A stretch of DNA of 64,000 nucleotides from an uncultured Hyphomicrobiales bacterium (lineage in GTDB: Bacteria > Bacteroidota > Ignavibacteria > Kapaibacteriales > UBA2268), in contig CAYPRT010000001.1 in assembly GCA_964413155.1 (NCBI GenBank), positions 235,863 to 299,862 on the forward strand, in the 5' to 3' direction. Both the position numbers and the translations under genes were made by a program. Below the pieces are notes generated by a model. That model saw only the letters and a program-made list of their open reading frames with translations. It had not been told where the DNA came from and did not search any database. Below, piece by piece: positions 17,349-30,012 of this stretch. Numbering within the stretch: the stretch's first letter is position 1; the number at the start of each line of letters is the position of its first letter.

Positions 17349-20231
17349 TTATTTTACAATTATAATTAGCTTACACTTCCGTTCATCTCCGATTTGAATT
17401 TGAATAATGTAAGAACCCGAAGCCAGCTGCTCAAAAGCTTCATCCAAGATGATAATGTTTAAGCCTGTTTCAAGTTGAACAGCTTTCTGCCAACAAATTC
17501 TATTAAGCATATCGACTATTTTGACTCGTGCAGTTCCTAACCAATTTGTAATTATCTTCACTTCTTTAGCCGTTTCGATTGAAAGTATTTCTGGTATACT
17601 AACATTCCATACATTATTATCATTTCCCACGTTTAGAGTAGTATCTACCAAACCCACATAAATATTATCGAACCAAGCGGTTCCAGAATGTGCACGGAAT
17701 AAACAATAAACAGTAGCATATGAAAGGGGTTTTTCGGGATAGTAAATCATTTCGGAATATTCCCAACCGTGGGTTAATGGGGAAAATCTTGTTGTTCGAG
17801 CGTACCAAGGTGTTCCATCTGAATAATACGCATCAACATAAATGGAATAATTATTATCAGATACTCCCGAAACATTTTCTGCCTTGGACCAACCAGAAAC
17901 TTTCAGAGGGAGAATAGTATTTTTAGGGAAATAAATAGTTACATACATTCCGCCAGAATCCTGCTCGGTTTTGTTAACAAACTTTATGCATCGGTTTAAA
18001 TGTTGAGCATCGGAGGGTATTGTATCATATTCAAAATATGAAACATTTTTTCTTTTATATAAACTCCAAGAATCTGGAATTTGGTCAAAATCAACATCAT
18101 ATTCAAAACTGAAATTAGGAACAAGGTTAGTTGTATCTACATTTTCAATTTCGACGGGTGCATATCCAACTGAAAACAATCCAGTTGTTGAAAAAACTAC
18201 AAAAGGTATAGTAAGATTTTTTAAATTTCCACCAGCAGGAAGAACAATTTGTCCTGAAAATTCCGAAAAATTAGAATTAGCCGGAGTTCCATCGTTCTTC
18301 AGTTCCAAATCGTAAGGAACACCTATTTTCGTCAAGTCAGCAATTACATACAGAGGTAAAGAAGCATTCGATTTGAATAAATCGGAAGATGAATCCGCTG
18401 CTTGAACTGAAAACTCAAACTGTACTTGGCTTGGATTTATTGATTTAATTTTTGCAATAGGATTTTGCCAAATCGGGGACATCAATATAGGCTCTTCAAA
18501 ATTAGTTTTTAAAATTATCTTTGCACTTCGAGGAAGCAAAAGTGAATCGCTTTTAATTGTATATAACCTTCCACCGTTAATTGTTAAAGCACTATCGACC
18601 ATAATCTGGTTTTTTCCGTAAATTTCAGGTAGTATAATGGTATCGTTAGGATTAGGATTAACATATACAATGCATTTTTCAAACTCTCGAGAATAATAAC
18701 TTTTACCAAAACTATCAAGTTTCAATAAATCATCTATTGAGTTCGTTGCATTTGTAATTGGTTTACCTGTAGGAATATCGAATTCTGGAAAATGTGCAAA
18801 AGTTTGATAATTAGTAGCATTTCCAAAAACAGAATTTGTATCGGCAACCAATAAATAGGAAGCGGTAACAAATAGCCTTGGCTCGGGGCTAAAATCTTTA
18901 ATTCCACCCAAAGGAACCCACATCTTACCATAATCGTATTGACACTTCAACCCAAGTTCGCAAGCAGTTTTCCAATTTGAAAAGGAACTATATCCTGCCC
19001 AATGAGAATAAGCGAAACCTTCATACATTGCTCCATCGGCATAATCGAGTGCTTCTAAACTCGGTGTTGCTAATCCATTATAAATTATCATTTTGTCGCC
19101 ACAAGCTTTTCTTAACTCTTTGAAGAAATCAAAAAAACTTTCGAACCAAAGGTTTTCATCATAGTCCACAGGGGGATATGCATCAGGCCATCCACTCCAA
19201 ATTCGATAGCAAGCATCGTCGACAAACAATCCATTGTACCCTTGCGAAAATGCGTTCATAACTTGTTCTATATAATTTTCCAGCCACATATTGTTCACAA
19301 TATTCATAAAATAGAACTTATAAGTGGGATTTATACAACGATTGTTAACATTCCCCAGCCAAGAACCCTCTTTGGGATATCGATACATTTTTCCATTCTT
19401 GAAACAAATGAGATATACTTCGTAACCAGTCTCTGACCCATTGGTATTAAATTGATTAATGAAAATTGTATCTAAATCATAAGAAAATACAAATTTCTCA
19501 TTTTCGGAAAATATATTATCGTGCGAAAAATCAACATAAACCCACACACTATCTGGGATAACTTTAGAGATGAGTTTGAACTTATATTCAATATACACAA
19601 TGTTTGATTTTGCAACCCTATTCAATGACAAGGGAATAAAAACAGGAATGTTATCCTGGTAAATTAATTTTATAACAAAACTATAATCAATTTCGGTCGA
19701 GTCGTCGAGAACTGTTTTCAATCGAACATAACGGGCAGATTTTGGCAAAGAAATACTCAATTCTGTTCCATCTACCACAGTATCGGTCGGAGAATTTACA
19801 TTTGTTGAATCAAATCCCCAATACAATCGATATTTAACACTACCAGGGGTAAAGCGGCGGTCGTGCATCCAGTTGAATTTCCAATTGTGGTCAAAGGAAA
19901 TGGTTAAACAAGCGGGTTCCGAAGAATGCAGAAATAGAAATTCTTGCAAATTTATTTTGTTAAATTCCGGCAGGTAAGTATTCAATGCAACGAGGTCTTT
20001 GTAGTCAAGAATTAGATAATCCTTATCAAAGGATCGAATGAACGCTCGTTCTTTCTGTTGTGCTTCGTCGAGAAAGATAAATTTTTTATGAGCAAGTTTG
20101 GTGAGGAAAAAATCAGATTTTATAGCAGAGTAATTTACAAGATAAGTTTTTAAAAATTGCGAGCGGTAGTCATTTGGCAATGGATAAAGATTAACAACCG
20201 AAAAAAAAAGAAGCAAACAAAAGAGTAGCAT
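17349..20231 (-). CDS. T9SS cargo protein with a putative glycoside-hydrolase-like TIM-barrel domain (GH114/GHL-type, tentative)
   Basis: 960 aa, signal peptide. YNGLFVDDACYRIW resembles the GH114 'GFDGVFLDNLD' strand (motif recalled from memory, tentative). C-terminal ...SGSYIIQIQIGDERKCKLIIIVK resembles a T9SS CTD. Confidence 0.45.
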   Translation of the reverse strand: MLLFCLLLFFSVVNLYPLPNDYRSQFLKTYLVNYSAIKSDFFLTKLAHKKFIFLDEAQQKERAFIRSFDKDYLILDYKDLVALNTYLPEFNKINLQEFLFLHSSEPACLTISFDHNWKFNWMHDRRFTPGSVKYRLYWGFDSTNVNSPTDTVVDGTELSISLPKSARYVRLKTVLDDSTEIDYSFVIKLIYQDNIPVFIPLSLNRVAKSNIVYIEYKFKLISKVIPDSVWVYVDFSHDNIFSENEKFVFSYDLDTIFINQFNTNGSETGYEVYLICFKNGKMYRYPKEGSWLGNVNNRCINPTYKFYFMNIVNNMWLENYIEQVMNAFSQGYNGLFVDDACYRIWSGWPDAYPPVDYDENLWFESFFDFFKELRKACGDKMIIYNGLATPSLEALDYADGAMYEGFAYSHWAGYSSFSNWKTACELGLKCQYDYGKMWVPLGGIKDFSPEPRLFVTASYLLVADTNSVFGNATNYQTFAHFPEFDIPTGKPITNATNSIDDLLKLDSFGKSYYSREFEKCIVYVNPNPNDTIILPEIYGKNQIMVDSALTINGGRLYTIKSDSLLLPRSAKIILKTNFEEPILMSPIWQNPIAKIKSINPSQVQFEFSVQAADSSSDLFKSNASLPLYVIADLTKIGVPYDLELKNDGTPANSNFSEFSGQIVLPAGGNLKNLTIPFVVFSTTGLFSVGYAPVEIENVDTTNLVPNFSFEYDVDFDQIPDSWSLYKRKNVSYFEYDTIPSDAQHLNRCIKFVNKTEQDSGGMYVTIYFPKNTILPLKVSGWSKAENVSGVSDNNYSIYVDAYYSDGTPWYARTTRFSPLTHGWEYSEMIYYPEKPLSYATVYCLFRAHSGTAWFDNIYVGLVDTTLNVGNDNNVWNVSIPEILSIETAKEVKIITNWLGTARVKIVDMLNRICWQKAVQLETGLNIIILDEAFEQLASGSYIIQIQIGDERKCKLIIIVK

Positions 20232-20384
20232 AGCTCCTCCAAATTACCATTTCAAAAATAATAATTTATTTAAGAAAATTAAATTTAGAATTCCAAATAA
20301 AAATTTAATATTTCGGAATAAAACTTAATAGATTGTAATTCGTCTAAAATATCTATAAATAAATGAATTTTCGTAATTTTGTAA

Positions 20385-22463
<2,079 letters not shown>

Positions 22464-22486
22464 CTTTTCCCTTTTTAATCAACAAT

Positions 22487-22509
22487 GGGGCAAAACTGCC
22501 CCCTTTTTT
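22487..22509. terminator. Rho-independent terminator between convergent gyrB and cdsA
   Basis: GGGGCA-AAAC-TGCCCC followed by TTTTTTG. Confidence 0.7.
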
Positions 22510-22518
22510 GTTTTATAA

Positions 22519-23448
22519 TTAAACGAACAACTTTAATAAAGCCAGTAAAACCAGGGCAAATACTATTGTTGGGAAAACAAACAAAATACTATCGAAGCGG
22601 TCGAGAATTCCCCCGTGACCAGGCAACAATTTCGAACTATCTTTTACATTGAACTCTCTTTTGATTCGAGATTCTGCAAGGTCACCAATTTGCCCTATAA
22701 CACCAACAATCGAAGCAAAAAGAAATTGGAACACCAAAGAAAGTTCAAGATTAAACAAAGTAGAAAGCCCAAAAAATCCCAATATAGCTCCAAAGTATCC
22801 AGCAATAGCACCTTCCCATGTTTTTTTGGGGCTTATCGTTGGGGCAAGCTTATGTTTGCCATATTCTTTCCCAATAAAGAAAGCAAAGCTATCGCATATC
22901 CAAATCGTTCCCAAAGTAACAAGAAAAAATTTAAAAGACCAAATATCATCAATTGTATATTTAATTCCAAATAAATAATGAGGTTGAGAAGCATCGCCAA
23001 ATGAACGCAAAAGATTGAAAAATTCTGGCAGAAAACGTACAGCCAGTAGGGAGCAAAAAGAAAATCCAATCCAAAAGATACCAGCTAATGTGAACGAAGA
23101 TGTAAGCGACGGATGTGATTTTTTTGTAAAAACTTGAATAAAAACTAAAATCGAAGGAATTATTGCCAAAGTTAAAAGTAGCAAAACTGTAACATCGAAA
23201 GCATCAACTTTTATTTCTGATTGCAACAAGAGATAAAACAAAGTTTGAACCAAAGTAGAGAATACCAATCCCAAGGTGGAATCAGGTTTTATGTTTGATG
23301 TTGTTGGAAGTGAATAAAACTCCCACAAAGCAAGATTAGAAAGCAAAACTACAACGAAAAAAAAGACAAATCCACCAAGGTATATAATTCCGATTGAAAC
23401 AGGAATTCCTACTAACGCAACCAAAACTCTTTTTGTGAGTTCACTCAT
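22519..23448 (-). CDS. cdsA: Phosphatidate cytidylyltransferase (CDP-diglyceride synthase)
   Basis: Polytopic membrane protein with the CdsA signature KREFNVKDSSKLLPGHGGILDRFDS. Confidence 0.85.
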   Translation of the reverse strand: MSELTKRVLVALVGIPVSIGIIYLGGFVFFFVVVLLSNLALWEFYSLPTTSNIKPDSTLGLVFSTLVQTLFYLLLQSEIKVDAFDVTVLLLLTLAIIPSILVFIQVFTKKSHPSLTSSFTLAGIFWIGFSFCSLLAVRFLPEFFNLLRSFGDASQPHYLFGIKYTIDDIWSFKFFLVTLGTIWICDSFAFFIGKEYGKHKLAPTISPKKTWEGAIAGYFGAILGFFGLSTLFNLELSLVFQFLFASIVGVIGQIGDLAESRIKREFNVKDSSKLLPGHGGILDRFDSILFVFPTIVFALVLLALLKLFV

Positions 23449-23496
23449 AGCTTACTTGTGTATTTTCAGTTGTATATTCAAAATAGTAATGCTAGT

Positions 23497-26400
23497 CTAC
23501 AAGTCATCAATATTTGGAAATCTGCCGGGTGTCCAAGGGGCACCAACCTTATCCAACTCTTTTTCGAAAGATGGAATTTCCACATCAACCACTCTTTTTA
23601 ACTTGGTTAATATCTCTTTTAATTCATCTTTAGCAATTTCAAATGATTTCTTTTGTGTTTCCGTAGGTTCTTGCGTTGTTGCCCAAAGACCCCAAAGAAT
23701 ATAACTTAGTCGTTCGATTATCGAGGGTGGTTGATTTTCATTCAGTCGGGAAAGCGTTATATTCCCTGAAAGCTTCATATTCAAAGAATCAAGAAGATAG
23801 AGAACTTCTCGCAGTCTGTTTAAACTTGCATCTTCAAATCGGTACGAGGAAAGAAAGGCATTTTTAATCATCTGGATTTTCTTGGTCGTTTCCTTTAAAA
23901 GCGAGTTTGTCCCCATCACTGCATTTTGAAGTTTGGCGAGTTTTCGTCGAAAATCCATAAGCGAAGTTAAGTTCTTTGGAGGCAAGGAAAGATTATTCAA
24001 CAACTTGCATTCAAATTCCACCGGCTCGGTCAACGCCGAAATTTTTCCATCGACACTTTTGAAAATTTGAACTTTGTATTTTCCTGGAACAACTGCCATC
24101 CCTGAATTATTATTTAAGTCCACACTATCGGAAATTGGTTTAGTATCTGAAAAACGCAAATCCCAAGAGATGCGATTAAAGCCAGATTTTGGAGTTTTGG
24201 TAAGAGTTCTTACAACATTTCCATCTTTATCGTAAATTTTAAAAATCAAAAGTGGGTTTTGTTCCAAATCTTCGGAAGTAAGTTCTTCGAATGGTGGATA
24301 ATAAACAGGTTTTCCTTCTTTTTCTAATTCCTTTTCTTTTTCCTTACGAATCTCCTTTCGAGTTTTAATCATCTCTTTTATGTAATAAGTAAAAGTAGCT
24401 CCAAATGGGGGATTTTTTGCCCTCCAAAAAGAACTACCATTGTCGTATTTAGCTCTTGATTCATCTTCATTATAAATTAAGAGGGGTTTAACAGGGAAAA
24501 TAACAGCATTTTTCGATAAAACTTCATCGTTCAAATTCCTAAGGAAAGAAATATCGTCTAGAATATAAATTCCCCTTCCAAAAGTTCCAACAACAAGGTC
24601 GCTTTCCCGTTTCTGGATTTCAAGGTCACGCACTGCAATTGTTGGGAAATTGCCAGTGAGTTTATGCCAATGCTTTCCTTGGTTTGTTGAAACATAAAGA
24701 CCAAACTCGGTGCCAACAAACAACAAGTTTGGGTCTACAAAATCCTCGACAATTGTATATACGGAGCCATTGGAAGGTAGATTTGAACTAATATTTTCCC
24801 AAGTTTTACCTAAATCAGTGGACTTTAGGACATAAGGTTTAAAATCTGCATTCTTATGGTTATCGAAAGTAGCATAAATAACATTTTGATTATGTTGTGA
24901 TGCAAAAACATCACTTACATATGTAGTTTCGGGAACGGTTGGAAACTTATCGATTTTAAGCCAAGTATTTCCACCATCGGTTGTAATTTGTATCAAACCG
25001 TCATCAGTTCCAACAATCAGCAAATTTTCGTTCAAAGGGGATTCAGCTAGCGCCACAATGTTTCCATAGAAGGAAGTTGAGGCATTCTTCGCAATAGCAT
25101 CGGGTCCCCAAACTTTTCCCATCACAGGAAGTTTATTTCTATCGATTTGGCGAGTCAAATCCCTGCTGATTGCTTTCCAACTTTGTCCTCGGTCGTCGCT
25201 ACGAAATACTTTATTTGCAGCAATGTATATCCTTGTCGGTGAATGACTACTTAACAACAAAGGTGTATCCCAATTCCATCGCAAAGCCTCGCCTTTATCG
25301 GGTTGTGGTTGGATATAATAAACTTCACCACTTTTTCTATCGTAGCGAACTAAATTGCCATATTGCCACATAGCATAAACAATATTAGGATTTTTTGGAT
25401 CAACTTGGGCTTTGTAGCCATCCCCACCAACGACAAGGAACCAATCCTCGTTTGTTATTCCACCGCTGGAAGTGGTTCTCGAGGGTCCACCCCAAGTATT
25501 GTTATCTTGCGTTCCACCATAAACAAAATAAAAAGGTTCTGAATAGTCGCAAGTAATTCTATAAAATTGCCCAGTGGGGATATTTGCGAAGAATTTCCAA
25601 GTTGAACCATTATCAAAAGTTTCGTACAAACCACCATCTCCACCAACCATAAAATGCTTTGTGTTATCGGGGTCGATCCAAACTGCATGATCATCGACGT
25701 GGCGGTTGTTGTTTGGAACATTTTTTAAAGTTTTACCACCATTTTCGGAAACTCTTAAATATGTGTCGATAAAGAAAACCCTATCGGGGTCTTTAGGGTC
25801 ACAAAAAACTTCATGATAATATTGAGCTGAACCAGAAAACCAAGAATTTCGTTTTTCCCACGAGGCTCCGCGGTCAGTGGAGCGATAAATCCCCCCTTTT
25901 CCATCATTTGCTTCAATTATTGCATAAATGTAATCGGGATTTGCAGGAGAAATTCCCAAACCTATTCTTCCAAGTTCACCAGTAGGTAAACCATTTTCCA
26001 GTTTTTCCCAACTATTTCCGGCATCAGTTGTTTTATAAATTGCAGCCTCGGGTCCACCATTAATCAATGTCCAAACATGCCTTCTCCTTTGGTAAGAGGC
26101 ACAGTAAAGAACATCAGGATTTCGTGGGTCTAATACCACATCTGTTACACCAGTATTTTCACTAATTTTCAATACCTGTTGCCAGCTTTTTCCGCCATCG
26201 GTTGTTTTGTACAAGCCTCTGTCGCCACCAGGGCCCCAAAGAGGACCTTGAGCAGCAACATAAACAATATCAGAATTCTTTGGATGAATAACAATTTTGC
26301 CTATATGTTCAGAATTTTTGAGACCTACATTTTTCCAAGTTTTGCCACCATCGATGGATTTATAAACACCATCGCCCCACGAAACACTTCGCTGGCTGTT

Positions 26401-26775
26401 GTTTTCCCCAGTTCCTACCCATACAATATATGGATTATTTGGATCTACTGCAATGCAACCAATTGAAAATGAACCTTCCTTGTCGAAAATTGGAGTAAAA
26501 GTAGTTCCTGCATTAGTAGTTTTCCAAACACCACCCGAAGCAAACGATACATAGAACTCGTTTTTATTAAATGGGTTAACAGCAATATCGGAAACGCGAC
26601 CACCAAAAACTGCTGGTCCAATGAGCCGTAGTTGAATATTGCTAAAGTCAATTTCCATAGAATTGGTTTCAAAAGAGGCTTTTTTCTCGGGCGTTTTAGC
26701 AAAAGAAAGATTCACAAGTAAAAAGACACTAAAAAGTGTAAATAATTTGATTTTAATCATTTTTAAACCTTTCAA
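23497..26775 (-). CDS. Secreted BNR/Asp-box repeat protein (sortilin/Vps10- or GH74-like double beta-propeller)
   Basis: 1092 aa, signal peptide. Many S/T-x-D-x-G-x-T/S-W Asp-boxes (SIDGGKTWKNV, TTDGGKSWQQV, TTDAGNSWEKL, STDRGASWEK, TTDGGNTWLKI, STDLGKTWENI). No T9SS CTD. Confidence 0.65.
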   Translation of the reverse strand: MKGLKMIKIKLFTLFSVFLLVNLSFAKTPEKKASFETNSMEIDFSNIQLRLIGPAVFGGRVSDIAVNPFNKNEFYVSFASGGVWKTTNAGTTFTPIFDKEGSFSIGCIAVDPNNPYIVWVGTGENNSQRSVSWGDGVYKSIDGGKTWKNVGLKNSEHIGKIVIHPKNSDIVYVAAQGPLWGPGGDRGLYKTTDGGKSWQQVLKISENTGVTDVVLDPRNPDVLYCASYQRRRHVWTLINGGPEAAIYKTTDAGNSWEKLENGLPTGELGRIGLGISPANPDYIYAIIEANDGKGGIYRSTDRGASWEKRNSWFSGSAQYYHEVFCDPKDPDRVFFIDTYLRVSENGGKTLKNVPNNNRHVDDHAVWIDPDNTKHFMVGGDGGLYETFDNGSTWKFFANIPTGQFYRITCDYSEPFYFVYGGTQDNNTWGGPSRTTSSGGITNEDWFLVVGGDGYKAQVDPKNPNIVYAMWQYGNLVRYDRKSGEVYYIQPQPDKGEALRWNWDTPLLLSSHSPTRIYIAANKVFRSDDRGQSWKAISRDLTRQIDRNKLPVMGKVWGPDAIAKNASTSFYGNIVALAESPLNENLLIVGTDDGLIQITTDGGNTWLKIDKFPTVPETTYVSDVFASQHNQNVIYATFDNHKNADFKPYVLKSTDLGKTWENISSNLPSNGSVYTIVEDFVDPNLLFVGTEFGLYVSTNQGKHWHKLTGNFPTIAVRDLEIQKRESDLVVGTFGRGIYILDDISFLRNLNDEVLSKNAVIFPVKPLLIYNEDESRAKYDNGSSFWRAKNPPFGATFTYYIKEMIKTRKEIRKEKEKELEKEGKPVYYPPFEELTSEDLEQNPLLIFKIYDKDGNVVRTLTKTPKSGFNRISWDLRFSDTKPISDSVDLNNNSGMAVVPGKYKVQIFKSVDGKISALTEPVEFECKLLNNLSLPPKNLTSLMDFRRKLAKLQNAVMGTNSLLKETTKKIQMIKNAFLSSYRFEDASLNRLREVLYLLDSLNMKLSGNITLSRLNENQPPSIIERLSYILWGLWATTQEPTETQKKSFEIAKDELKEILTKLKRVVDVEIPSFEKELDKVGAPWTPGRFPNIDDL

Positions 26776-26832
26776 AAAACTTTAAATGCAAAATAATTAA
26801 ATTATTATTTTTCCGTTTATTTTTTATATTAT

Positions 26833-28464
26833 TTGCAAAAAAAATACGTGGCTTCGAAATTACCTTTAAGGACAAAACTTGCTTTTTGGTATGGAATTAT
26901 AGTAGCCTTGACACTTTTGGTCTATGGCTCGTACACATATTTTTCTGTTTCGAATGAACTTCATAAAAACCTCGATGCTTCAATTTCAAAAGTTGTTGCC
27001 TCGCTCGATGTAATCCTTTCAAAGGATAACTCCGATATCCGAAATATCCGTAACAAACAATCCTTACGATTCAATCAAGATAAATTTGCTCTTCTACGGG
27101 AATTAGAAGAAATGAGGTTCGTAGGCCCAATTCGCCCAACTGTACAGCGTGAGAAATTTGTCGACGAAGACCTTGGCGAAATCTGGTCCGCAGTTTACGA
27201 ACATATACTTTTGAACCCTAAAAATTTTTTCGTTCAAATTGCTGATACCAACAATACTATTGTATGGCGTTCCCAAAATCTTCAAAATGATACACTTCCA
27301 ACATTCCTCGGTTTTTCCACCATTACTCATTTCGATACAATATATGTTCCCTTGAAAAGCCAAGACTCTGTTCTTCGTTTAGCAATGGAAAAACCTCCGA
27401 TAGCACAAATTGACTCAATATTGACAACAACAAGAGTATTAAATACCGACATTCGGCTTTTAATAAAAAGAACCGAAAGGGCTGTAATTTCTGTTGGTTA
27501 TGTTTTAAACGATTTACGAGCCACATTAAATAACCTTTTTATGATTCAGTTAATTGCATTACCATTCATTCTCATGATTTCTATTGCTGGTGGATGGATT
27601 TTATCAACTTTTTCTTTGAAACCAATTGACCAAATAGCAAAAACCGCCGACGAAATCACTGCAACAAACCTCAGCCTTCGACTTCCCGACATCCCAACTA
27701 AAGACGAAGTCGGGCATTTAACCAGAACTTTGAACAGAATGATTGAACGATTGGAACAAGCCTTTCACCAAGTCAAAAAGTTTGCTTCGGACGCTTCTCA
27801 TGAATTGAGAACACCTTTAACAATTTTGCAGGGCGAATTGGAAATTGCTCTCCATTCACAACACACCCCCGAAGAATACGAAGAAATACTAATCAGCGCC
27901 TTGGAAGAAGTTGGAAGGCTTTCGAACATTGTGGAATCTATTTTGGAACTTTCGCGTGCCGAAACAGGGCAAATACCAATAAACCTAAAAATGGAAAATA
28001 TTTCCAAAATAGCCGAAGAAGTTGCTCACGATATTTCAATCATTGCTGAACAAAAGAACATTTCAATAATTAAAATCATAGAGCCAGATATCATTGCACC
28101 AATCGACCCACCACGAATACATCAAGTTCTGTTAAATCTTCTTGATAATTCAACGAAATACACACCCAATGGCGGAACAATCAAACTTTTTGTACGAAAA
28201 AACACCAACTTCGTTGAATTAGTTGTCGAAGATAATGGAATTGGAATTCCAAAAGATGAACTTGTGCATATTTTCGACCGAATGTATAGAGCAAAAAAAG
28301 CCCAAAACAATGGGGTTAAAGGTTTTGGTTTGGGATTATCTATTGTAAAATGGATTGTTGAAGCTCATAATGGCAAAATAGATGTTCAAAGTGAAGTAAA
28401 TAGATTTACTCGCTTCAAAATTTTATTACCACTCGAAGGAATTGTTGAAAGCGGCAATGATTAA
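26833..28464 (+). CDS. Sensor histidine kinase (TM - ~200-aa extracytoplasmic domain - TM - HAMP - HisKA - HATPase); no adjacent response regulator
   Basis: H-box ASHELRTPLT, N/G boxes LLDNSTKYTP...GFGLGLSIV, and two predicted TM helices. Confidence 0.85.
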   Translation: MQKKYVASKLPLRTKLAFWYGIIVALTLLVYGSYTYFSVSNELHKNLDASISKVVASLDVILSKDNSDIRNIRNKQSLRFNQDKFALLRELEEMRFVGPIRPTVQREKFVDEDLGEIWSAVYEHILLNPKNFFVQIADTNNTIVWRSQNLQNDTLPTFLGFSTITHFDTIYVPLKSQDSVLRLAMEKPPIAQIDSILTTTRVLNTDIRLLIKRTERAVISVGYVLNDLRATLNNLFMIQLIALPFILMISIAGGWILSTFSLKPIDQIAKTADEITATNLSLRLPDIPTKDEVGHLTRTLNRMIERLEQAFHQVKKFASDASHELRTPLTILQGELEIALHSQHTPEEYEEILISALEEVGRLSNIVESILELSRAETGQIPINLKMENISKIAEEVAHDISIIAEQKNISIIKIIEPDIIAPIDPPRIHQVLLNLLDNSTKYTPNGGTIKLFVRKNTNFVELVVEDNGIGIPKDELVHIFDRMYRAKKAQNNGVKGFGLGLSIVKWIVEAHNGKIDVQSEVNRFTRFKILLPLEGIVESGND

Positions 28465-28466
28465 GA

Positions 28467-29282
28467 TTACGGAATTCTTTTCTTAAATTCCTGATATCTT
28501 TGTGTGAAAAGATTTTCCTCTGTTGGCTGTGGTAAATTATCCTCTCTAATTCTTGAATTCAATTTATCAATTCTATCTTGACTTAACGGATGCGTAGAAA
28601 GTAAAACTTCAAGGAATGAGCTCGATTCGTTCTTTCTTATTTTATCGAAGAAGAAAATTAAAGAACCTGGATACCATCGGGTTGATTTTAGATATTCGTA
28701 TGCGTAGCTATCTGCTTCGTATTCATCATCGCGACTATTTTTCAAAAAAGCAAGACCTGTCAACAAATTTGCAGCGATTTCAACTGCTTTACTTGGATTT
28801 TTCCCTAAAACAATATCAAGAAGAATTCCAACGCCATACATTTTAGTTAGTCGTTGTGTTGCGTGCCGGCGTTCGCAATGAGCAATTTCGTGGGCAACCA
28901 CCCCCGCAAGCGTTGCTTCGTTGTCAAGAAATTTTAATAATCCAGTGTATACGTAAATATATCCACCTGGGATAGCAAAAGCATTTACAACATTATCGTT
29001 CTTTATAATTATTACCTGATATTTAAACGTGTTCCTATATTTTATCTTTGAGGAAAGAAGAATCTGGTTCACAATCTCCTGACAATAACTTGTGACCTCG
29101 GCATTATCCAACACTGGATACTCGTTAGGATTATTTGCTATCTCCCGTTGAAGCTGCAATCCTAATTGGGCATCATCTTCGGGAGAAAAAATATTCACTC
29201 CGTCAGTGCATCCGAACAAAAATAAAGTAAAAACAACAAAAAAACGACTAATAAAAATAGTAATCCGTTTCATTTGATACAA
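28467..29282 (-). CDS. M48-family zinc metalloprotease lipoprotein
   Basis: Lipobox LFLFGC. HEXXH as VVAHEIAHCERRH. Confidence 0.75.
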   Translation of the reverse strand: MYQMKRITIFISRFFVVFTLFLFGCTDGVNIFSPEDDAQLGLQLQREIANNPNEYPVLDNAEVTSYCQEIVNQILLSSKIKYRNTFKYQVIIIKNDNVVNAFAIPGGYIYVYTGLLKFLDNEATLAGVVAHEIAHCERRHATQRLTKMYGVGILLDIVLGKNPSKAVEIAANLLTGLAFLKNSRDDEYEADSYAYEYLKSTRWYPGSLIFFFDKIRKNESSSFLEVLLSTHPLSQDRIDKLNSRIREDNLPQPTEENLFTQRYQEFKKRIP

Positions 29283-29418
29283 TTATTAACAAACACCAAA
29301 TTAAAAATTTATTCGAAAAATATAAATACCACTAAAAAAATATTTAACTCAAAAATTTATTTTAAAAAACTAAAATCTATATTCGTCAAATTCGTAAATA
29401 CTTTTTTCCCAATTTAAT

Positions 29419-30012
29419 ATGATTGAATATATTTCTTGCTTTTGTGCATCAAGCAATAAAGTCGATAAATTTTACCTCGATTCAGCTTATGAACTAGGCG
29501 TTATACTAGCCCGCAACCACAAAACTGTAGTTTATGGCGGTGGAAAAGTTGGCTTGATGGGTCGACTTGCTCAAGGTGTATTAGATAACAATGGGCAAAT
29601 CATTGGAGTTATCCCCAAATTTATGCAGAAATACGAGCTGGGGCATAACGGAATTACCCGCCTAATAGAAGTTGAAACTATGCACCAGCGCGAAGAAATA
29701 ATGCTTACACGAGCAGATTGTATTTTGGCTTTACCAGGGGGATGTGGAACATTCGAGGAACTACTTCAAGCAATTACTTGGAAAAGGCTGAAACTTATTT
29801 CTGCTCCAATTATTATCGTTAACTTGAAAAATTATTTTTACCATTTGATCAAACAACTTAACAAAGCAATCGACGAGAACTTTATGCGAACAGAGCATCG
29901 AATCCTTTGGGATGTTGCCGATTCAATTCCTGAAGCTTACGACCGAATCCGCTTTTACGAAGGCAATTCCGAACAAATGAAACTAATCGATGCTCAACCT
30001 AATATGACCTAA
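29419..30012 (+). CDS. LOG-family protein (TIGR00730-like; cytokinin riboside 5'-monophosphate phosphoribohydrolase family)
   Basis: VVYGGGKVGLMGRLAQGV and PGGCGTFEELLQAITWKRL are the LOG signature motifs. Confidence 0.85.
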   Translation: MIEYISCFCASSNKVDKFYLDSAYELGVILARNHKTVVYGGGKVGLMGRLAQGVLDNNGQIIGVIPKFMQKYELGHNGITRLIEVETMHQREEIMLTRADCILALPGGCGTFEELLQAITWKRLKLISAPIIIVNLKNYFYHLIKQLNKAIDENFMRTEHRILWDVADSIPEAYDRIRFYEGNSEQMKLIDAQPNMT

